Shown piece by piece: positions 37,250-47,181 of a stretch of 60,057 nt of DNA (positions are counted from its first letter, which is position 1; the number at the start of each line of letters is the position of its first letter). The translations under genes were made by a program, and so were the position numbers. Under the pieces are notes generated by a model. That model was not told the DNA's origin, did no database searches, and worked only from the letters and a program-made list of their open reading frames with translations. Source of the DNA: an uncultured Muribaculaceae bacterium (GTDB lineage Bacteria; Bacillota_I; Bacilli_A; RF39; UBA660); contig CAYVPV010000003.1 of assembly GCA_964453925.1 (NCBI GenBank), positions 1 to 60,057 on the forward strand. Direction: 5' to 3'.

Positions 37250-37666
37250 TTAATTACCTGGATAGTATTCTGGACTATAATTTACTTTCTCATCAAAGTC
37301 AACGTAGTTTAAATAAATCATAAGAAGCAAGTACCATCTACCAGTTTTTGGATCACTAACGATTATGTGATCACGTCCAGCTGCTTCAATTATTCCTGTA
37401 AAGGTTTTATCCCTCCATTCTACTGAATCTGGAAATGACATATAAAACGTTGCAAGTTTTCCTTTATTAAGTCTTAATATGTTTTCTATGTATGATTGTT
37501 CTATCGCTAACATATTATTTGTTGCTTGTAAGGTTGCTAAATTATTGTTACTGGAGTTACTAGTATTAGCACTTGGCATAGAAGCAGTGCCTCCCATAGC
37601 AGTTGCTTGAATCCCACTTGTATTCATATTAGGGTAAGTAGGGTTTGAATAAAAATTTGTATTCAT
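37250..37666 (-). CDS. gerQ: Spore coat protein GerQ
   Basis: EQSYIENILRLNKGKLATFYMSF..IEAAGRDHIIVSDPKTGRWYLLLMIYLNYVDFDE is the GerQ signature. The ATG at 37666 follows AAGGAG. Confidence 0.88.
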   Translation of the reverse strand: MNTNFYSNPTYPNMNTSGIQATAMGGTASMPSANTSNSSNNNLATLQATNNMLAIEQSYIENILRLNKGKLATFYMSFPDSVEWRDKTFTGIIEAAGRDHIIVSDPKTGRWYLLLMIYLNYVDFDEKVNYSPEYYPGN

Positions 37667-37766
37667 ATAAAATCTCCTTTTTTCATAATTCATTTAAACA
37701 TATGATTGAATTAAGATAATTATACATGTTATAATTAGTAGGTAAAAAGTAAAGGAGATATTATAT

Positions 37767-38333
37767 ATGAAAGTTAATATAGGTGTGTCAGCAAGACACG
37801 TACACGTAACAAAAGATGATTTAAAAATTTTGTTTGGTAATGATTTTAAACTAACTAAAAAGGTGGATTTATCTCAACCAGGACAATTTGCATGTAATGA
37901 ACAAGTTACTTTAAAGGGACCAAAAGGTACCATTGAAAGAGTAAGAATATTAGGACCTGAACGTGGTGAAACACAAGTTGAAGTTTCAAAAACCGATTCA
38001 TTTGCGCTTGGAATTAATCCCCCTGTTAGAAACTCAGGAGATCTAGAAGGTGCTGCTGAAGTAACTATTATTGGTCCAAAAGGGAAAGTAACTAAAAACG
38101 CTGCTATTATCGCTGCAAGACACGTACACGCAACTAAAGAAGATGCTGAAAAATATGGCTTTGTAGGCAAAGAATTTGTTACTTTAGTAGTAAAAGGCGA
38201 AAAGCCGGGAATACTAGAAAATGTATATGTTAGAATAAGTGATAAATTTTCATATGAAGTACATTTAGATACTGATGATGCTAATGCATTTTTAATAAAA
38301 CAGGGTGACGAAGCAGAATTAATAGTAAAATAA
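37767..38333 (+). CDS. pduL: Phosphate propanoyltransferase / phosphotransacylase PduL
   Basis: Duplicated SARHVHVT / AARHVHAT motifs. Confidence 0.9.
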   Translation: MKVNIGVSARHVHVTKDDLKILFGNDFKLTKKVDLSQPGQFACNEQVTLKGPKGTIERVRILGPERGETQVEVSKTDSFALGINPPVRNSGDLEGAAEVTIIGPKGKVTKNAAIIAARHVHATKEDAEKYGFVGKEFVTLVVKGEKPGILENVYVRISDKFSYEVHLDTDDANAFLIKQGDEAELIVK

Positions 38334-38346
38334 AAGGGATGATTAT

Positions 38347-39588
38347 ATGAAATACCAATTTAAAGAGGGATTAAAAGAAACCGAATATAATGAGTTTGTT
38401 AAAAAATTTCCATCAACTTCATTTATGCAGACATCTAAATGGGCCAACGTAAAGGTTGCCTGGGAACATGATTTTGTTGGAATGTATGATAATAAAAAGT
38501 TAGTTTGTGCTGCAATGATTTTGAAAAGAAAACTTTTCTTTAACAAGAAATTGTTTTATATTCCAAGAGGATTTGTTATAGATTATAAAAATAAAGAATT
38601 ATTAAAAGAGTTTATAGCAAATTTAAAAAACTATGCTAAAAAAAATGGGGGGATAGATATAAAAATAGATCCTTTTATATGCTTTAGTGAAGATAATATT
38701 CAAAACATAAAGAAAAACAAGGGAATAGAAATAAGAAAATCTTTTAGTAATGATACAGAGGAAATTGTTAATAATTTAAAAAGTGTAGGATTTAAACACG
38801 GTGGCTATAAAAAGGAAGTTAATGCATATATCCAGCCAAGATATACCATGGTTATATCTTTAAAAGATAAAGATGGTAATGTTTATGAAAAAGAAGTTTT
38901 AAGAAGAACTTTTCCTAAAAATACTAGAAATTACATTGGTACATATCAAGATGAAAGAGGAGTAGAGTTTAGTTATTCTACTAATAAAGATGATGTAAAA
39001 AAATTAGTAAGTGTTCTTCGTTGCACGGAGGAACGTCAACATATTGCACTTAGAAGCGAGGAATATTTTAAAAAAGTAATGGACTATTTTCCTCATAATG
39101 CCGTATTGTTTTTTGCTCACGTAAACATAGATAAATATATTAAATTCTTAAAAGAAGACATGAAGAAAAACGAAAATAAAAAAGAGTTTTGCGAAAAACA
39201 AATAAAAGAAGCAGAAAACGTAAAAAAAGAGTTTGGGCCAAAACCACTTGCAGGTGCAACAATCGTTATGATGCCAACTTGTGATAATGGTACTAAAGTA
39301 GCATCATTCTTATATGCTGGAACCAATACTAAGATATTACCATCACTTAAAATAACAAATGGACTTATGTTCTATAGGTTATGTTATTGTTTAGATAATG
39401 GATGTGATTACTGCGATTTAGGTGGTGTTGATGGCTCCTTAGAAGATCATTTATCAACATTTAAATCTAAGTTTAATCCAAACTTATTAGAATTAGTTGG
39501 TGAATTTGATTTAGTTATAAGTAAGTTTTGGTATTTGTTATTTGAATTTGGAATAAAAATGTTAAAGTTCATAAGGTCGAAAAGGTAG
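38347..39588 (+). CDS. FemAB-family peptidoglycan interpeptide-bridge aminoacyltransferase
   Basis: FMQTSKWANVK...YIPRG pattern, size (413 aa), and a central coiled-coil insert. Confidence 0.8.
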   Translation: MKYQFKEGLKETEYNEFVKKFPSTSFMQTSKWANVKVAWEHDFVGMYDNKKLVCAAMILKRKLFFNKKLFYIPRGFVIDYKNKELLKEFIANLKNYAKKNGGIDIKIDPFICFSEDNIQNIKKNKGIEIRKSFSNDTEEIVNNLKSVGFKHGGYKKEVNAYIQPRYTMVISLKDKDGNVYEKEVLRRTFPKNTRNYIGTYQDERGVEFSYSTNKDDVKKLVSVLRCTEERQHIALRSEEYFKKVMDYFPHNAVLFFAHVNIDKYIKFLKEDMKKNENKKEFCEKQIKEAENVKKEFGPKPLAGATIVMMPTCDNGTKVASFLYAGTNTKILPSLKITNGLMFYRLCYCLDNGCDYCDLGGVDGSLEDHLSTFKSKFNPNLLELVGEFDLVISKFWYLLFEFGIKMLKFIRSKR

Positions 39589-39624
39589 CAAAAAGCTATC
39601 TTTTTTACGTTTTTGTGTAAACTT

Positions 39625-39690
39625 TTGTTTTCCACAGCACATCCATATTGACATATGGGGGCTAATGATATTATCAACATAGGAAGTATG
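39625..39690. repeat. Intergenic motif copy A (TTGTTTTCCACA...TGAC..ATGGG..ATGAT.TTATCAA)
   Basis: About 67% identical over about 65 nt to 53332-53394, with exact blocks. Both copies begin just after a terminator-like hairpin. Confidence 0.55.
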
Positions 39691-39748
39691 GTGATAATTA
39701 TGAGAGTTAATGTAGATGTTATAGAACCAACAGAAAGACGGGACATAC

Positions 39749-40375
39749 GTGATAATAAAAAATAGAAAACTTAATGAATATTATGAAAAATCATATGCAC
39801 CAGGTTCTAAAGAGTATAAAGAATTTAAACAAATGAATGAGGATATGAAAAAGGCCTCACATCTTATTTCACACTCCAAAAATATAATTGATGAATTTGC
39901 TAAAAATAGAGAAAAAATGATTGAATTGGCTATGGAAATGCCAGATTTAGGACTAAGAAACAATTTAAAAAATATAGAAAATAAAATAATATCAGATGCT
40001 AACAAACAATTTGCTGAGGCAATGAAGATAGTTAATAAATATAAAAAATATTATGTATGTAATTTAGAAGAATCCGTTTTACCAACTCATGATAAACGTG
40101 GAAATAAAATTGAAGATTCAAAATATATTTTAGCTACTATACCTGAAGATCAATCTTTTATGTATACAAATTTAGGGGTTCTTCTAAATTATATGGAGGT
40201 ACTTAAGGAAAATTCTAAGGATGTTATTAATGATAGTATTGAAACATACTCTAATTATTATAACGGATTAGAAACAAAAAAAGATAATAATAAAATAGAA
40301 AAATTTCCATGGAGCGTTCCTGAAATAGAAAAGATTTCGAAATTAATAATAAAAAACAAAGAAGAGGCTAAGTAA
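39749..40375 (+). CDS. Hypothetical protein
   Basis: Long ORF with a GTG start. K/E/N-rich and probably helical. No family recognised. Start uncertain. Confidence 0.5.
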   Translation: MIIKNRKLNEYYEKSYAPGSKEYKEFKQMNEDMKKASHLISHSKNIIDEFAKNREKMIELAMEMPDLGLRNNLKNIENKIISDANKQFAEAMKIVNKYKKYYVCNLEESVLPTHDKRGNKIEDSKYILATIPEDQSFMYTNLGVLLNYMEVLKENSKDVINDSIETYSNYYNGLETKKDNNKIEKFPWSVPEIEKISKLIIKNKEEAK

Positions 40376-40432
40376 AAAACTACAAAAAAGCTTCTTTTTA
40401 TTATATAATTATTTTAGTTTGGAAGTGATTAT

Positions 40433-41404
40433 ATGTTTAAGATAGGAAACATAGAAATAAAAAATAACGTATGTTTAGCTCCCATGGCAGGGGTTTGTAA
40501 CAGCGCATTTAGAAGAATAGTAAAAGAAATGGGATGTGGACTTTTATATGCTGAAATGGTTAGTGATAAAGCACTCGTTTATGATAATGAAAAAACAAGG
40601 GGTATGCTTTATATGACAGAAAGCGAAAGACCAATTGCTCAGCAAATATTTGGTAGTGATAAAGAAAGCTTTGTTAAGGCTGCAAAAATAATAGAAGAGC
40701 AAATGCACCCAGATATTATAGACATAAACATGGGGTGCCCAGTTCCTAAAGTTGCAGTTAAATCACAAGCGGGATCAGCCCTGTTAAAAAATCCGAAAAA
40801 GATATATGAAATTGTATCTGCGGTAAAAGATGCAGTTAGTGTTCCGGTTACTGTTAAAATAAGAAGTGGATGGGATCATAATAATATTAATGCTGTTGAA
40901 GTAGCTAAAGTTTGTGAAGAAGCCGGAGCTGATGCAATAGCAATACATCCTAGAACACGCAGCCAGGGATATTCTGGAAATGCAGATTGGAAAATTATAA
41001 AACAGATTAAGGAAACTGTATCAATACCAGTAATAGGTAATGGTGATATCTTAAGCGTAAATGATGCTAAAAGAATGTTCATGGAAACAGGTTGCGATGC
41101 GATAATGATAGGCAGAGGTACTTTAGGGAATCCATATTTAATAAAACAAATAGTTGCTTATCTAGAAACAGGTGAGGTTATTCCTAATCAAACTCCTATA
41201 GAAAAAATGAAAACGTGTCTAAAGCATTTTTCATATTTATTAGAAATTAAACCAGAAAAAATAGCTGTTTTAGAAATGAGAACACACGGGGCATGGTATT
41301 TAAAGGGGCTTCCTAATGGTGTAAGTATAAAGAAAAAGTTATATAAAATTAAAACAAAAGAAGAATTCATAGAAGCGATAGAAAATTATATTTCTACTTT
41401 ATGA
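40433..41404 (+). CDS. dusB: tRNA-dihydrouridine synthase
   Basis: LAPMAGVCNSAFRRI, DINMGCPVPKV, IHPRTR. Confidence 0.93.
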   Translation: MFKIGNIEIKNNVCLAPMAGVCNSAFRRIVKEMGCGLLYAEMVSDKALVYDNEKTRGMLYMTESERPIAQQIFGSDKESFVKAAKIIEEQMHPDIIDINMGCPVPKVAVKSQAGSALLKNPKKIYEIVSAVKDAVSVPVTVKIRSGWDHNNINAVEVAKVCEEAGADAIAIHPRTRSQGYSGNADWKIIKQIKETVSIPVIGNGDILSVNDAKRMFMETGCDAIMIGRGTLGNPYLIKQIVAYLETGEVIPNQTPIEKMKTCLKHFSYLLEIKPEKIAVLEMRTHGAWYLKGLPNGVSIKKKLYKIKTKEEFIEAIENYISTL

Positions 41405-41539
41405 AGTCATTTTTAGTTTTTATATATTGTAAAGTGGCAAAATATGGTATAATTTATATGTAGGACAGAATTACACATATGGTGCTAAATGTCATAATTT
41501 TGGCCAAAAAATGCAATAATATATTATTAAGGAGGAAAA

Positions 41540-42328
41540 ATGAAAAAGTATAATTTGTTTAAAGTGTTAGCTATAACAGTATTTGTAGCATGGTTATTAA
41601 CCTTATTTATACCAGGGTCTTATGCTGATTATAGTGGTAACATAACAACTGATTCTATTGCTGCAGTAGGAATATGGTCGTTACTTTCTAATTTAAGTAT
41701 CTCTATTTCTTACTTTAATGGAATTGCGGTGTTCTTAATCGCGGTAGCATGCTTTTATGCAGTAATGAGGAAAGTAGAAGTGTATAATAATTTTGTCAAA
41801 AAAACAGTTTCTATTTTTAAAAATAAAGAAGGGTTATTAGTTACAATTACAATTATTGTATTTGGATTACTTGCTTGCTTGGTAAGTGATTGGATGATTT
41901 TAATCACGTTTATTCCATTTATCTACATGGTTATGAAAGAACTTGAGATAGATAGAAAAGTTATTTTATCTTCAACCATAATAGCTCCTATTGTTGGAGC
42001 TATGTGTGGAATTTATAATAGCACTTTATTTGGTATGTTAAGCTTGGAGGTAAACACATTACTATTAGTAAAAGTTATTTTACTTGTTATATGTTTAGCA
42101 GTATTAATTTTCTTTACTGCACCAAGAATAACCAAACAAAAAATCGATGAAGTAAGAAAATCAAGTAAGATTACTTCTAAATCTGAAATAAAAAGTGAAA
42201 AATCAACAGATAGTAAAAAGAAAACTTCTACTAAAACTAGTAACGCTAAAAAGTCTAGTACAACAAAAAAAGAAAAAGATAGAAAAACTACAAAAAAGGC
42301 TACTGGTGGAAAGAAGGTGGCTAAATAA
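41540..42328 (+). CDS. YfcC/DcuC-type permease, N-terminal half with a Lys/Ser/Thr-rich tail
   Basis: Pattern similar to the first half of YfcC-family carriers (…IAVFLIAVACFYAVMRK…ITFIPFIYMVMKELEIDRKV…IIAPIVGAMCGIYNS). It ends in a 55-aa K/S/T-rich tail. Confidence 0.6.
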   Translation: MKKYNLFKVLAITVFVAWLLTLFIPGSYADYSGNITTDSIAAVGIWSLLSNLSISISYFNGIAVFLIAVACFYAVMRKVEVYNNFVKKTVSIFKNKEGLLVTITIIVFGLLACLVSDWMILITFIPFIYMVMKELEIDRKVILSSTIIAPIVGAMCGIYNSTLFGMLSLEVNTLLLVKVILLVICLAVLIFFTAPRITKQKIDEVRKSSKITSKSEIKSEKSTDSKKKTSTKTSNAKKSSTTKKEKDRKTTKKATGGKKVAK

Positions 42329-43332
42329 TGAAGGATAATAATAGAAAAGTAAATAAGGTAGTATATGCTATATTAACTCTTTTACTTGGTACTATTGGCA
42401 TTAACAAGTTTTATGCAGGAAAGGTAAAAGCAGGGATACTAAATATTGTATTTTGCTGGACTTTAATTCCTACAATTTTATCAATTGCAGAATTTATTAC
42501 GGTATTAACTGAAAAAGCCGATAAGAATGGCCAAATTCCAGTAAATAGTTCAAGAAGGACTAACGTTTTATTTGGGACAAGTTTAGTATTATTTATATTA
42601 TTTGTAATAGCTACAATAATTCCTTGGGAATCATTATTTACTAATTTAACTATTTTTACTGATTTTAACTCTTGGTTAGGAGAAATAAAAATAGGAGATT
42701 ATGCAATATTTAGTAATATAATAGGTGCACCTGTTGTGGTTGATATGACTACTGGATCGTCTGCTGGTGTTATTAATGCTATTGGCTCATGGCAAATGAT
42801 TGATATGGCAATATTCTTATTCATAATTACTGCTGTTGTAGCGCTATGTTCAAAAATCAAGTTTAATGATTTTATAGCAACAACAACTAACGGAATAAAG
42901 AAAGTTTTACCAGTTGCAATAACTGCAATGCTTATTAGTATTGTACTTGTAATAATGGTAACCTCAGGAGTAAATGTTACTATTACTAACTGGATAGTTT
43001 CTTGGGCAAAAGGATTTAATATTGCAACAGTAACGTTGGCATCTATGATAGGTAGTTTATTAACAGGTGATTTCTATTACTTTGTATCCACTATTAGTCC
43101 AGTATTTATTGGGGCTACTTCCAACGCTGATTTATATGGGGTTTTAGGTCTAATCATGCAAAGTATTTATTACTTGATGATGATTATTGCTCCAACATCA
43201 GTTGGGTTAATAATAGGTTTATATTGCCTAGATATCCCATATGGAAAATGGTTTAAATATATTTGGAAAGTATTGCTATCATTGTTTGTAATAGTTCTAA
43301 TTGCAACAATTATAGTGTTTGCATTAGTATAA
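42328..43332 (+). CDS. TM2-domain fused to a YfcC/DcuC-type permease C-terminal half
   Basis: N-terminal TM2 domain (VYAILTLLLGTIGINKFYAGK..GILNIVFCWTLIP). C-terminal IAPTSVGLIIGLYCLDIPYGKWFKYIWKVLL resembles the YfcC C-terminus. TAATG overlap with the upstream gene. Confidence 0.6.
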   Translation: MKDNNRKVNKVVYAILTLLLGTIGINKFYAGKVKAGILNIVFCWTLIPTILSIAEFITVLTEKADKNGQIPVNSSRRTNVLFGTSLVLFILFVIATIIPWESLFTNLTIFTDFNSWLGEIKIGDYAIFSNIIGAPVVVDMTTGSSAGVINAIGSWQMIDMAIFLFIITAVVALCSKIKFNDFIATTTNGIKKVLPVAITAMLISIVLVIMVTSGVNVTITNWIVSWAKGFNIATVTLASMIGSLLTGDFYYFVSTISPVFIGATSNADLYGVLGLIMQSIYYLMMIIAPTSVGLIIGLYCLDIPYGKWFKYIWKVLLSLFVIVLIATIIVFALV

Positions 43333-43338
43333 ATTGAA

Positions 43339-43362
43339 GGGACATATGTCTCTTTTTTTGTG
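43339..43362 (+). terminator. Rho-independent terminator
   Basis: AGGGACAT/ATGTCTCT stem followed by TTTTTT. Confidence 0.7.
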
Positions 43363-43420
43363 TATGAAATTCAAATATTAGTACCATAACAAACATAGGA
43401 TATATAGAAAGGGGATACTT

Positions 43421-45691
43421 ATGTTTGTGAATTTTAGTGAAGAAACAAGACATCTTTTAAAACAAGCCGAAAAGGAAAAAGAGGAACTTAATCATCCTTA
43501 TGTAGGAAGCGAACATCTTTTTTTATCAATTTTAAAAGATAGTAGGTTAATAGACCTTTTAAAAAAACATAAAATTACTTATCAGAAGTTCAAAGATAAA
43601 TTAATAAGTTTAATTGGCGTTGGAAGTAATAAAAGTGAGTTTACTTTATATACTCCTTTGCTTAAAAGAGTTTTAGAAAACTCGGTAATAGAGGCTAGAG
43701 AAGAAAATAATAAAATAGTTAATCCTGAAATAGTTATAATATCGATATTAGATGAAGGGGATGGTATTGCTTATAGTATTCTAAAAAGTTTTAACGTTAA
43801 CATAGATAAATTATATTATGATTTGAAAAATAAAAAGAATAATAAAAATATTAGGAAGAAAAAATTACTTTTAGAAGAATTGGGTTCAAATTTAACTAAG
43901 TTAGCTAAAGAAAAAAAACTTGATCCAGTAATAGGAAGAAATAAAGAAATAAAAAAAACAATAGAAATATTACTTAGAAGGAAAAAAAATAATCCCATAT
44001 TAATTGGCCCAGCAGGTGTTGGGAAGACTGCTATAGTTGAGGGTATCGCAAACCTTATGGTAAGTAACAGATGTCCTAAGTTTTTGGAAAACAAAAGAGT
44101 TATATCTCTTAACATTTTTTCCTTAGTATCAGGTACTAAGTATCGCGGAGAATTTGAAGAAAAGATGAAAACGTTAATAAAAGAACTAGAAGAAAATGAA
44201 GATATTATATTATTTATTGACGAAATTCATACTATGGTAGGTGCAGGAGGCGCAGAAGGCGCGATAGATGCATCAAACATATTTAAACCAGCATTAGCAA
44301 GAGGGATTATAAGAATAATAGGTGCTACAACGTTCGATGAATATAAAAAATATATTGAACCAGATGCAGCACTAGCAAGAAGATTTCAAAGTGTTATGGT
44401 TGAAGAACCAGATAAAACAAGTTTGATAAAGATATTAACCGAAATAAAACCTTTATATGAAAAATACCATAATATTAAAATTTCAGACAAATTAGTAAAA
44501 GACATAGTTTTTTTAACTGGAAAATATCTTACTAATAGATTTGAACCAGATAGATCAATTGATATTTTAGATGAAGTTTGCGCAAGATCTTCTGTATTAG
44601 AAAGCCGGGACGAAAAAAGAATGAGGTTTTTAGATATTAAATTAAGTAAAATAGAAAAAGAAAAGTTTAAAGCTTTATCTAACAATGACTTTAAGAGTGC
44701 ATGCAGTTTGAAAAATGAAGAAAATAAAATAATAGAAGAACTAAATTCTATAAAACCCAATGAAAAACATGTCACTAAGTTTGATGTTTTAGAAGTTATT
44801 AAAAACAAAGGGAACTTAAAAATTCCTGGAATTACAGATGAGAGAAAAAGATTTTATAATGAGTTAGAAAAAAAGCTTAATAATGAGGTAATAGGTCAAG
44901 AGGATATTATAAAATCTTTAGTAAGATCTTTAAAGAGAAGGGATTTATCTAAAAATAAAAAAACTTATTCTGTATTGATTACGGGAGAAACCGGGTCAGG
45001 AAAAACCTTACTTGCTAACACCTTTTTAAATAATATAGTTAATGAAAAAGATATTATAAAAATAGATTTATCCGAATATAAAGAATATCATACTATTAGT
45101 AAATTAATAGGTACTACCGCAGGCTATTTAGGCTATGATAATAAAAATCATATTTTTGAAAAGGTAAGAACTAATCCTTCTTCAGCTTTAATAATAGACA
45201 ATTTTGAAAAATCATGCCAAGACGTAAAAGAGATATTCTTAAGGATTTTGGAAACAGGAGAAATAGAAGATGCAAGTGGTAAAAAGATAGATTTCTCTAA
45301 TGCGGTAATTATTTTTACGAGTACGAAACATAAAAATGGAATTTCTGTTGGATTTAATAGTAACAAAAAAGATTCATTAGATTTTTTACCAGAGAAATTA
45401 GTAAATAAAGTTTCGATTAAGATAAATATGAAAGATTTATCTAATGAGGAAATTAAAAAGATAATAAATAAAAAAATATTTAAATTAATAGATTTATACC
45501 CGGGTATAAAAGTGGAATTTCCAGATGGCTACGTTAATTGTGTTCTAAATCATGTAAATAAAAAGAAAGATTTATCTGTAATAGATACTTTTATTGAAAG
45601 TGACTTAGAAAGTCAAATTATAGAAGGCTTAATTGATTATAAGAAACTTATTAAAATAGATATAAAGGATAAAAGTGATATTGCGATTTAA
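43421..45691 (+). CDS. clpC: ClpC-type AAA+ chaperone with a degenerate D2 Walker B motif
   Basis: Clp_N repeats. D1 has GPAGVGKTAIVEG and LFIDEIHT. D2 has Walker A GETGSGKT but IIDNFEKS where hhhhDE is expected. VGF ClpP-docking loop is present (GISVGFNS). Confidence 0.85.
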   Translation: MFVNFSEETRHLLKQAEKEKEELNHPYVGSEHLFLSILKDSRLIDLLKKHKITYQKFKDKLISLIGVGSNKSEFTLYTPLLKRVLENSVIEAREENNKIVNPEIVIISILDEGDGIAYSILKSFNVNIDKLYYDLKNKKNNKNIRKKKLLLEELGSNLTKLAKEKKLDPVIGRNKEIKKTIEILLRRKKNNPILIGPAGVGKTAIVEGIANLMVSNRCPKFLENKRVISLNIFSLVSGTKYRGEFEEKMKTLIKELEENEDIILFIDEIHTMVGAGGAEGAIDASNIFKPALARGIIRIIGATTFDEYKKYIEPDAALARRFQSVMVEEPDKTSLIKILTEIKPLYEKYHNIKISDKLVKDIVFLTGKYLTNRFEPDRSIDILDEVCARSSVLESRDEKRMRFLDIKLSKIEKEKFKALSNNDFKSACSLKNEENKIIEELNSIKPNEKHVTKFDVLEVIKNKGNLKIPGITDERKRFYNELEKKLNNEVIGQEDIIKSLVRSLKRRDLSKNKKTYSVLITGETGSGKTLLANTFLNNIVNEKDIIKIDLSEYKEYHTISKLIGTTAGYLGYDNKNHIFEKVRTNPSSALIIDNFEKSCQDVKEIFLRILETGEIEDASGKKIDFSNAVIIFTSTKHKNGISVGFNSNKKDSLDFLPEKLVNKVSIKINMKDLSNEEIKKIINKKIFKLIDLYPGIKVEFPDGYVNCVLNHVNKKKDLSVIDTFIESDLESQIIEGLIDYKKLIKIDIKDKSDIAI

Positions 45692-45755
45692 TATCGCTTT
45701 TTTAATTTTTTAAATTGTTGTATAATATACTTGTTATGAATGGATGTGAAATATT

Positions 45756-47171
45756 ATGAGAATATACAATACATTATCAAAAAAAGTCGAGGAGTTTATA
45801 CCACACGATAAAAATATAGTTAATATGTATACTTGTGGACCAACAGTATATCATTATGCACATATTGGAAATTTGAGAAGTTACATTATGGAAGATATCC
45901 TTGAAAAGACACTTATATATAATGGATATAAAGTAAACAGAGTTATGAATATTACTGACGTTGGGCATTTAAGTAGTGACTCAGACTCTGGCGAAGATAA
46001 AATGGTTAGTAGTGCTAAAAAACAGCATAAATCAGTTTTGGAGATAGCAAAATTTTATACTGAGGCTTTCTTTAATGATTTTAAAAAGTTAAATATAAAA
46101 AAGCCAGAAACAATAGAACCTGCTACTAATTTGATTTTAGAATATATTAATTTGATTGAAGACTTACTTTCAAAGGATTTTGCTTATATTTCTGGTGGAA
46201 ATGTTTATTTTGATACTTCTAAATTAGAAGATTATTATGTATTGACTAATCATAAGGAAGACGAAATGGTAGTGGGTGTACGCGATGGCGTTGAAAACGA
46301 TGATAACAAACGTAATCAAGCGGACTTTGTGTTATGGTTTACTAAATCTAAATTTGACGATCAAGAACTTAAATGGGATTCTCCATGGGGATTAGGATAT
46401 CCTGGATGGCATATAGAATGTTCATGTATAAGTATGAAACACTGCGGAGAATATTTAGATATTCATTGTGGTGGCGTTGATAATATTTTTCCACATCATA
46501 CCAATGAAATAGCCCAAAGTGAGGCCTACTTAGGACATAAATGGTGTAATTATTGGGTACATTGTGAACATTTAAATGATAAGAATGGCAAAATGAGTAA
46601 GAGTAAAGGTGATTTTCTTACTGTATCATTATTAGAAGAAAAGGGATATAATCCATTATCATACAGATTAATGTGCTTACAATCTCATTATCGTAAACAA
46701 CTTGTATTTACGTTTGAAAATTTAGATAATACAGAACAAACATATAAAAAACTAAAACAAAAAATTTTAGAACTATTAAATATGGTTCCTGATTATATGA
46801 ATACAAAAAAAACCGAATCTTTTGACTTATATAATAGTAAATTCAAAGAATGCATAAATGATGATATGAATACTGCCAGTGCAATTACCGTACTTTATGA
46901 AGTTTTGAAAGATGATATTTTATCTATTGATACAAAATTACAATTAATAAATGAATTTGATAAAGTATTATCACTTGATTTATTAAAAGAAGAACAAGTT
47001 GATATATCGGACGAATTAATTCAATATGTAGAAGAACAAATTAAACTACGTGCTAATGCTAAAAAGAATAAAGATTTTGCAATGGCAGATAAAATTAGAA
47101 ACGAATTATTAGAAAAAAAGATTGAATTAAAAGATACAAGAGAAGGAACTGTTTGGTCAATAATAAAGTAG
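45756..47171 (+). CDS. cysS: Cysteine--tRNA ligase
   Basis: HIGN (YAHIGNLR) and KMSKS (GKMSKSKG) class I motifs. Confidence 0.97.
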   Translation: MRIYNTLSKKVEEFIPHDKNIVNMYTCGPTVYHYAHIGNLRSYIMEDILEKTLIYNGYKVNRVMNITDVGHLSSDSDSGEDKMVSSAKKQHKSVLEIAKFYTEAFFNDFKKLNIKKPETIEPATNLILEYINLIEDLLSKDFAYISGGNVYFDTSKLEDYYVLTNHKEDEMVVGVRDGVENDDNKRNQADFVLWFTKSKFDDQELKWDSPWGLGYPGWHIECSCISMKHCGEYLDIHCGGVDNIFPHHTNEIAQSEAYLGHKWCNYWVHCEHLNDKNGKMSKSKGDFLTVSLLEEKGYNPLSYRLMCLQSHYRKQLVFTFENLDNTEQTYKKLKQKILELLNMVPDYMNTKKTESFDLYNSKFKECINDDMNTASAITVLYEVLKDDILSIDTKLQLINEFDKVLSLDLLKEEQVDISDELIQYVEEQIKLRANAKKNKDFAMADKIRNELLEKKIELKDTREGTVWSIIK

Positions 47172-47181
47172 GTGTAGTAAT

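Noticed and set aside
39447-39746. 99-aa minus-strand ORF spanning the FemAB-family gene 3' end and the downstream intergenic region.
   Set aside because: It overlaps a well-supported gene antisense. The intergenic part corresponds to the repeated DNA motif, whose second copy has an indel that breaks the frame.
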